Assembly: GCF_009914755.1 (NCBI RefSeq)
Contig: NC_060943.1
From: the human T2T-CHM13v2.0 reference genome, Homo sapiens
DNA length: 64,000 nt
Reading direction: 5' to 3' (one strand)
The stretch's first letter is position 1; each line of letters begins with the position of its first letter. Shown here in pieces: positions 53,172 to 64,000 of the stretch. The notes under the pieces are model-generated. The model worked only from the letters and a program-made list of their open reading frames with translations. It was not told the origin of the DNA and made no database searches. The translations under genes and the position numbers were made by a program.

Positions 53172-54788
53172 TGAGTAGCTAGGATTACAGGCACGCGCCA
53201 CAACGCTCGGCTAATTTTTTTGTATTTTTAGTAGAGATGGGGTTTTACCATGTTGGTCAGGCTGGTCTCCAACTCCTGACCTCAGGTGATCTGCCCACCT
53301 CACCCTCCCAAAGTGCTGGGATTACAGGCATGAGCCACCGCGCCAGGCTATCTCATCTCTTTTATTTTTAGTTACTTTTCTTCTGAATGATTCTTACTTT
53401 TCCCTCCCCCTCCAGTATTAAGTCTTATTCAAGACAGCTCAATAAGGAGGTCCATAACATCAAGCCTCATATCATGTTGCCTCCCCTTTTACCATGACAT
53501 CAATTAGCTGGGTCTGCAGGATGGAGTTAGGAAAAGGTATGGTAGTGTACTTAACTACAGGCTAGAATCTACAGCTGATATAGTTTAGATGTGTGTCCCT
53601 TCCAAATCTCATGTTGAAATGTGACCTCCAGTGTTGGAGGTGGGCCTAATGGGAGGTGTTTGGGTGTTTTGCAGGACATTTAGTTATCCCCTCCGACCCA
53701 CAGACTCCAGGTCCTACTTATATTCTTCCTCCTGTTTGTGAGTGAATCACATAACTTGTGCAATCTCAATCCAAGGACTGGAAGCCAACCTATTCACAAA
53801 AAATCTTCCTCACCAGCCTCTACCATATTTCATTCTGCCCAATAACTCCTTAGCCATTATTATTTAAAATGGACTCAGAGATCATAGCAAATATCCCATT
53901 TTCATCACCAAATGAAAAAATTTCAAAAATGTAATTGAAAATACTCACAAAACTCCACAGAGAATACTCGCGTGAGGTTTTGTTAAGGCAAAGGATATGG
54001 TGCAGCAAGAGAAAGAATGCGTGCCCATATGCTATGTCAGACACAAATCCAGGCAGTTTTCCAGACTCCCATTCATACACTGATATGATTCACTTCCAGA
54101 TCAAGCCACCAATATCTGAGAGAGAAATGCTGGCTTCAGGAGAGCTCAAGTCAGAGGATCCCAGCAGGGATTTTATACCCTTCTGGGGTAACACAGTTGA
54201 GCCAGAGTGCCTACCTAATCACGTATGCCAACCAGAAACCATCAGCAGTCAAACTTGCCCTCCATATTGTCATGGGATCTTCCAGATGTTAAACAATAAT
54301 AATAAAGCTCACTGCATTTAAATGTCAAAATGAGATACCTAAAGTCCCTACAGACAAAACTAGAGCTTTTCCAGTCCAATTTTAAACTAATTCCATCTCA
54401 CACAAAACAAGTGCACACTATATCAAAATTTGGGGGATACTGCTAAAGCAGTACTTACAGGGAAATTTATAGCCTATATTATTATACAAGAAGAGAGTTC
54501 ACAAATAAATGACAGTTCATTTTAAGAAATTAGGAAAACCAGCCAGGCATGCTGGCTCATGCCTGTAATCCCAGTGCTTTGGGATCACTTGAAGCCAGGA
54601 GTTCAAGACCAGCTTGAGCAATACAGTGAGACTCCATCTCCAAAAACAAAAACAAACAAAAAAGTTAGCCAGGTGTGATGGCACATGCCTGTAATCGCAG
54701 CTACTTAGGAGGCTGAGGATTACTTGAACCCAAGAGTTCAAGGTTACAGTAAGCTATCATAGTGCCACTGCATTCTATCCTGGGTTGA

Positions 54789-55271
<483 letters not shown>

Positions 55272-55556
55272 TAGCCGGGATGGTTTCAATATCCTGACCT
55301 CGTGATCCGCCCGCCTCAGCCTCCTAAAGTGCTGGGATTACAGGCGTGAGCCACTGCACCCAGCCCCAGCAGTGGTCTTGAGTTGAGCCATCTAGAGTCT
55401 ATGGGAATCCACAAAATGTTTAGATTTGCCCTGGGAGTGATGCTGACCACAAAAGAGACATAGCTGTGGAAGTTCTGAAACTTTCTGTATACTCTCATCC
55501 TATATAGCCATAGTATGGGAACATCTGAGCATGTACCTTTAGAAGTGGCACATCCC

Positions 55557-56160
<604 letters not shown>

Positions 56161-56704
56161 AGTGGCACATCCCTTGTAGTGTGCTGCAATCTCCTCAACT
56201 CCCTATTAGTCATACCCAGTGTTTCTATACCAATTATAATTACGACCTGGCTCCTAGAGGTCCTCCAGACAAGGACACCTGCCTATTAAATTCTGAACAC
56301 AGACTCCTTGACAAGAAGCAGGGGCCAGCTTCCCAATAAGTGCTTGGAAATATGGAACACTGGATGGGAACCAGTGACCAAACTCATGCTCCCAGGTGCT
56401 CTAGAAGTTGTTACAACTGATCTCTCTTCATGGTTACCTCCAAACCTACAGTAAAACTGGCATCCAGGTCACATGATTTGTCTCCCAAAGCCCTGCAGTC
56501 TGTCTTAGAAGGGCTTGAACAGCAACACAAATTAGGTCAAAGCTGTAATCAGAGCTGTTCTCTGCCATTTGCTCTAAGGGACAGAAAACAAGGACTCCCA
56601 CAAAAGCTGTTAACTTGTTCATGCTGAGAACACACCTGTTTCCTCAATAGACTCCAAACAATAAACAGAACCCACAACATTAATGGTGGCTTAAAGAACA
56701 GGCC

Positions 56705-56710
56705 TTTATT
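56705..56710 (-). terminator. Candidate ZNF671 polyadenylation signal
   Basis: TTTATT (AATAAA on minus) ~700 nt after the stop, inside an MLT1-like remnant. Confidence 0.55.
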
Positions 56711-57413
56711 ATCATGAGCAATGTGAAGCAGGCAGTTCCAGAGCTGGGTGACTTGGATATTGGATATATCCATAACGAGCATCATATGAAATCAATCAAC
56801 ACAGGTAAGTCTCTGCAGGCTATTTGCAGAATCCTTCTGTGTCCTCTTGAACAAAGCTGATTATTTCCATGCCATTTACATCAAAAGAGAGGAAATTAAG
56901 ACCCCTAGTGGGCTGTGAGACCACTCACAACACCTTTTAGGGACTGGGGAGAGAAGAGAGGTCTGCCCGTCACAAGCATGCTGGGGTAAATGGTAAACGC
57001 AGTATGATTCTGCCAGATGGTAGGAGCAGATGGCTCCTGCCCCAGCAAAGGCCAATAGCCATTTAAAAAGTGCAACACAGCTGCTGAAAGCATCTCACAT
57101 ACTTGGCACTCACAGGGAATCTCCCCAGTGGGAATGTCCATATCTATGAAGTTTCACTTCTTACTGATGGTTCCCTCCCAATGGCTGCTCCCAGAGTTCC
57201 ACTCTAGGGTGAGCTGTTGGGCTGAACAGAGACAGCACATTGCTTAGACTGCTAAGGCCTGTGTCCGGTGTGAAATTCCCAATGGCGGGTAAGGTTCAGC
57301 CTCCAGGGGAAGGCTTTCCTGCATCTGCTGCACTCATTAACTACTGCTAGTTCCCCACCATATAGTAAGTCGGGGGCATTGGCCTAAGACTTTCCCCCAC
57401 ATTTGCTACACTC

Positions 57414-58630
57414 TTAAAGCTTTTCTCCAGCATGAACCCTCTGGTGCAGAACAAGTGTCTGTTTCCGGATGAATTCTCTCCCGCACTCACTACACACATA
57501 AGGCCTTTCCCCAGTGTGGACTTTCCAGTGCCTGATGAGGTTGGGTCTTTGAGTGAAGGCTTTCCCGCACTTGCTGCACTCATAAGGCTTTTCTCCAGAG
57601 TGAACTTTCTGGTGCTGAATGAGTTTGGAGATGCAGCTGAAAGCTTTACCACATCTGCTACACTCATAATCACTGCTGTGAATTCTCCAGTGTACATTAA
57701 GGTGGGAGCTTTGGCTAAAGGCCTTCCCACATTCACTGCACTCATAAGGCCTTTCTCCAGTGTGAGTTCGTTGGTGCAGAACAAGTGTGTGTTTCCGACT
57801 GAACTCTTTCCCACATTCGCTGCATACATAAGGCCTGGCTCCTGTGTGAACTTCCTGGTGTCGAATGAGATTAGACTTACTGCTAAAAAATTTCCCACAT
57901 TTGCCACACTGATAGAGTCTTTCACCCGTGTGAACTCGCCTGTGCTCAATCAGGCCGGAGATTTGTCTAAAGAATTTCCCACATTCGCTGCACTCGTATG
58001 GCCTTTCTCCAGTGTGAACTGTCTGGTGTTTAAAGAGGTCATAGCTTTGGCTGAAGAATTTCCCACATTCGTTACACTCATAAGGCCTTTCTCCAGTGTG
58101 GATTCTCTGATGCCGAGCAAGTGTGTCTTTGCGGGTGAAGGCTTTCCCACATTCACCACACCTGTGATACCTCTGTCCCATGAGAAAGCCACTCACAAGC
58201 TTAGTGCTCTTGTGGGGCTTCATGCTGCTGAGAGAGGCCTGATGCTGAAGAAGGCCAGATGTGGCTGAAAAGTCTCTCCTACCTTTCCCACATGTGAGGG
58301 TCTTCTCTGGCACATGGACTCTGCAGCTTTTCACAGAGTCTCTGCCCTCCTTCCTTGGGAAAAGTTTCCCTCCATTGGGCTGGTTCTGGTGCTGGTCAAA
58401 GTCTGTACTGAACCAGAATTGCTTTCCACATGCCCCACACAAGTATGGTTTCTGCCTGGCTTTTCCCCCATGGTATTTAGCCAGGTGTAAGGTATCTTTC
58501 AATATTGGGCCACATATGTCACATGGGTGAGACTCCAGCTCTGCCATGAGAGTCCTGACCTCTGACACTCCTACTACAAAAATGCTCTGCTCAGAAGATA
58601 CCTCTTCATCCTCCACTCCATGCCAACAAC
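57414..58630 (-). CDS. ZNF671: ZNF671 final coding exon (spacer + 9 canonical C2H2 fingers)
   Basis: ttcttcag|GTTGTTGG gives GCWHGVEDEEVSSEQ..., then 9 tandem fingers, ending HAGEKL-TAA. Confidence 0.94.
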
Positions 58631-59248
58631 CTGAAGAACACACAAATGCTGATTAAATGCATATTTACGGGTGGGAAGGGGCAACCTCATTGTATATGTG
58701 CATTTGACACATGCAGGAATAAGTTCATGAAACTGTTTTCAGAATGAGAGGCATGGTCAGAGTGAGGAAGGAATGGCTTTGAGGTAGTGAGCCTCTGGAG
58801 GTCATACCATGGGGGAGTGCCAATGAAGGGCCAGGATATAAGAATGGAACCAAACAAATGGCTTCCAGTAGGGCCTTGACTGTTAGTGACTCGTGAGTGC
58901 TATGAAAAATGTATCCAGTCCCAGGAAAATCCAACTACAAGTGAGCAGCTGGTGTTCAAAGACTATTTAAGAATATATGCACATCTTGTGAACATTAATT
59001 GCAGGTCAATACTGCCAAAAAATGTAGACAGAGAAGTGGTGAAACATGGGTGTAAGGTGAAGGCCAGAGGTGAGGGTGGCAAGGGGCTAACAAACTAGAA
59101 ATGATATATCTTCGTGTCAAGAACAGGAAAGGACAGATAGAAACGCTGTGTGGCCACTGGCCCTGGAAACAAACACTGATGTGAACAGTTAATGTTGCCA
59201 GTTTTGAACCCAGCTTTGACATCGTGCCCTTCCCCGATGTCCACTCAC

Positions 59249-59371
59249 CAGGTCTAAGTCCCCTCTGGGCCTCTCTTTCTGTGGCTGAAGTCATATCCAC
59301 CTGGTCATACACCCAGGGCTCTTCTCCTCGCTCTAGTTTCATGACTGCACGTGATCTGGAAAATGCAATTC
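59249..59371 (-). CDS. ZNF671: ZNF671 KRAB-B exon
   Basis: cccttag|GAATT gives GIAFSRSRAVMKLERGEEPWVYDQVDMTSATEREAQRGLRP-G|gtgagt; 123 nt, phase 1-1. Confidence 0.94.
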
Positions 59372-59602
59372 CTAAGGGAAAGTCAGAACAGGTGAGCAGC
59401 CAGCACTGGCCCATGGCAAACCACCCTATGATGGACTTCAGGTAAGAAAAATAACCTGGGAGGAGTTGTGCAGGAATAACCCAAAGGTCCCTATAAGTGA
59501 CTATGTAAGTGCCTATAACTCCTGACAAGGTCAGGCCCTAGAAGATGTCACCTGAGCTGGGCGCAGTGGCTCACACCTGTAATCTAACACTTTCAGAAGT
59601 CA

Positions 59603-59932
<330 letters not shown>

Positions 59933-60090
59933 CTAGTGAGATCCACTGGGCAAACCACAAGTCTCATGACCCCAAACCCTTGGCTGCACGGCTTCAGGAC
60001 TACTCAGCAAGTAGGGAGGACACTCCATACAGCTTAGCCCTGGCATCTTGAGCACCTACTCCAGGAAACTGGTGAAGGAAGCGGTGCTCA

Positions 60091-60330
<240 letters not shown>

Positions 60331-60744
60331 CTACCTACCCACAACATCCTGCTAACTAACCTCCCAGGTTCCCAAGTCAGAGATACCAGGCACTAGTACC
60401 ACTGATCCTCACTCTCTCCTGATCACCCCAGCAATCACTGTGTCAGCCCACCACAACAACAGACAGGCTGACAGATAAACGCCATTTACACTCTGAGCCA
60501 GCCAACTCCCCTGGGGTACCCAAGATCACAAATCCCAGGTATGAACCTAGGCTCATTTTTCTCAGTTAAGCCCCAAGTCACAGGACCGTCAGCTCACACT
60601 CCCTCCTCTCATACACATCACTCTGGACTATGTCTCCCTCACATCTCCAGCTTCCCCCCCACCCTACTGGCCCACCCCATCTCCCTGGACTCCCCAAATG
60701 TCACTCTACACATAGCATTAAGAGTGCTTGCCGAAGGCAGATCA

Positions 60745-61004
<260 letters not shown>

Positions 61005-61187
61005 TCAGTATCCCATCTTGCTCCAAACCATCAATGGCCCCATTGCCAAGGAAAGCCCTATTGTTGCTCTGAAAGCCTCCCAATCTGGCCCTGTTCCTTT
61101 TTTCAATCACAGGCACCTCAAACCACATGCAGATCTCAGGTATCCTCAACCCTCTTCCATTTCTTTGTTGCACATTGTACCACTGTT

Positions 61188-61663
<476 letters not shown>

Positions 61664-62062
61664 TAGCCAGGATGGTCTTGATCTCCTGACCTCGTGATCC
61701 ACCCGCCTCGGCCTCCCAAAGTGCTGGGATTACAGGTGTGAGCCACTGCGCCTGGCCGACTTTAGGCATTTGACACAGATCTCTAACTAACTTAATGCAG
61801 GCAGCAGGAGATAAATACCCATGCTCAGCTGCATCATGAAAACGGAAGAAACTGGAACACATTCAACACCCTCAACACATTCCAGCTACATCAAAAGAGT
61901 CTGGTTCCTACCTTCTGGCCTTAGGATAATGACAGAATGTAGTACATCCTAAGTTCCAGAGAGTTACCAAAAACAGAGACAGCATTCTGGACAAACACAA
62001 AGATTAGAGAAGCACCTTAAATCTTTGGCCAGATGGATTCGTGAGATCCTTCTACTACACTA

Positions 62063-62395
<333 letters not shown>

Positions 62396-62703
62396 CTACT
62401 AAAAATGGAAAAATTAGCGGGGTGTGGTGGTGGGCACCTGTAATCCCAGCTACTCGGGAGGCTGAGGTAGGAGAACTGCTTGAACCCAGGAGACAGGTTG
62501 CAGTGAGCCGAGATCGCGCCACTGCACTCCAGCCTGGGTGACAAGAGCAAGACTCCATCTCAAAAAAACAAAACAAAACAAAACCTGGCCAAGGCATGGT
62601 GGCTCACTCTTGTAATCCCAGCACTTTGGGAGGCCGAAGGGAGTGGATCAACTGAGGTCACGAGTTTGAGACCAGCCTGGCCAACATGGTGAAACTCTAT
62701 CTA

Positions 62704-62913
<210 letters not shown>

Positions 62914-63004
62914 TCACAACTGTAATCCAAACACTTTGGAAGGCTGAGGCCGGTGGATCAGTTGAGGTCGGGAGTTCAAGACCACCTGGGCCAACACGGT
63001 GAAC

Positions 63005-63082
63005 GTCCCCCCAACTCCCCCGCCCCCACCCCACCCCTCCCACCTCCCCACCCCACCCCACCCCTCCCACCTCCCCACCCCC
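63005..63082 (-). repeat. C-rich (G-rich on minus) tract inside an Alu
   Basis: gtccccccaactcccccgcccccaccccacccctcccacctccccaccccaccccacccctcccacctccccacccc replaces the normal AAACCCC of the Alu left arm. Confidence 0.88.
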
Positions 63083-63639
63083 GTCTCTACTATAAATACT
63101 AAAATTAGCCAGGGGTGGTTGTGGGCACCTGTAATCTCAACTACTTGGGAGGCTGAGGCGGGAGAATCTCTTGAACCCGGGAGGTAGAGGTTGCAATAAG
63201 CCACTGCATCCCACCCTGGGCGACAGAGTGAGACTTCGTCTCAAAAAAAATAAAAAAAATAAATAAACTAAAACTAAAAGAAAACACACAAAATGAGGGT
63301 GAGATAATCAGATAGTAGCAATAGCACACCACCCATCGTTGCCATCCCAGGCCAAACTCCTCATACCCTACAGCTCTCTCCTCCTGCAAACACTGAAAAG
63401 AACCCTTTCAAATGGCAGGACCCTTCTCTTCTGGGGGGAGTCTCAAGAATGCCCACTCCCTCTTCCCTGCCCTCCAGTCCCAGCCTTCTCATCTCTTACC
63501 CCAGAGATATGAAATAACATACTTAAGACTGCCCCACTTAAATCTGACCTCCTGGCCTTGACCTACTCCAGACCGCTCCCTTCACCCCAAAGATATTCTA
63601 AGCCCAGCCCCTTCCCCACAACTTCAGACCTTCCTCTCT

Positions 63640-64000
63640 AGTTGCCTAAGTGAGGAAGCCTCCACTCTGAGACATCTCAAAGTCACCATTCCAAAATCCA
63701 AACGTTCATGGAAAAACAACAAAAACACCTTGCTCTTTCATGCCTTACTTTCAGTCATAGCTGCATATGATGGAGCAGAAAATCCTGTTGGTTTCAAATT
63801 TAAAACCTACCCAGAATATGATCACTTCTACCCACTCACCTGCCATTACTCTTGGTACATCCACCACCAAAGCATTCCTGGAATCCACTGCAGTAGCCTC
63901 CTTACCGGTCTCCTCGTATCCATCCTCGCAGTCCCCACCCCAAACTAATGTTCTCCCCTGAGCAAATTTCGAGACACTTAAAATCCCAGCTAAGATCACG
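63640..64000 (+). mobile_element. L2 remnant in ZNF671 intron 1
   Basis: gagacatctcaaagtcacc...cctgttggtttcaaatttaaaacctacccagaat...cactgcagtagcctccttaccggtctcc. Confidence 0.6.

Overview
Primate, almost certainly human, genomic DNA from the distal chr19q13.43 zinc-finger cluster. Gene names come from recognising the spliced proteins; no database search was run. Order: a processed TPRG1L pseudogene (~1.2-3.5 kb), ZSCAN4 (+, SCAN + 4 C2H2, 433 aa), ZNF551 (+, KRAB-A, 670 aa), ZNF154 (-, KRAB-A, 437 aa) and the last three coding exons of ZNF671 (-, KRAB-A+B; exon 1 lies beyond the window). The DNA is very Alu-rich and also holds L1, L2, MIR, MaLR/ERV1/ERVL remnants, Tigger/MER44 and an internally deleted Hsmar1. 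Most short ORFs in the supplied track are Alu or antisense zinc-finger artefacts. I see no wholly new biological system. The best second-look items are: a perfect 87-bp tandem duplication that doubles the DUX4-motif cluster at the ZSCAN4 TATA box; a 39-bp inverted repeat ~2.1 kb upstream of it; a local A/T->G/C substitution burst that keeps the pseudogene 5' half CpG-rich; an apparent splice-acceptor shift that rescues ZNF154 from three in-frame stops; independent loss of the KRAB-B exon in ZNF551 and ZNF154; and fossil zinc fingers after the stop codons.
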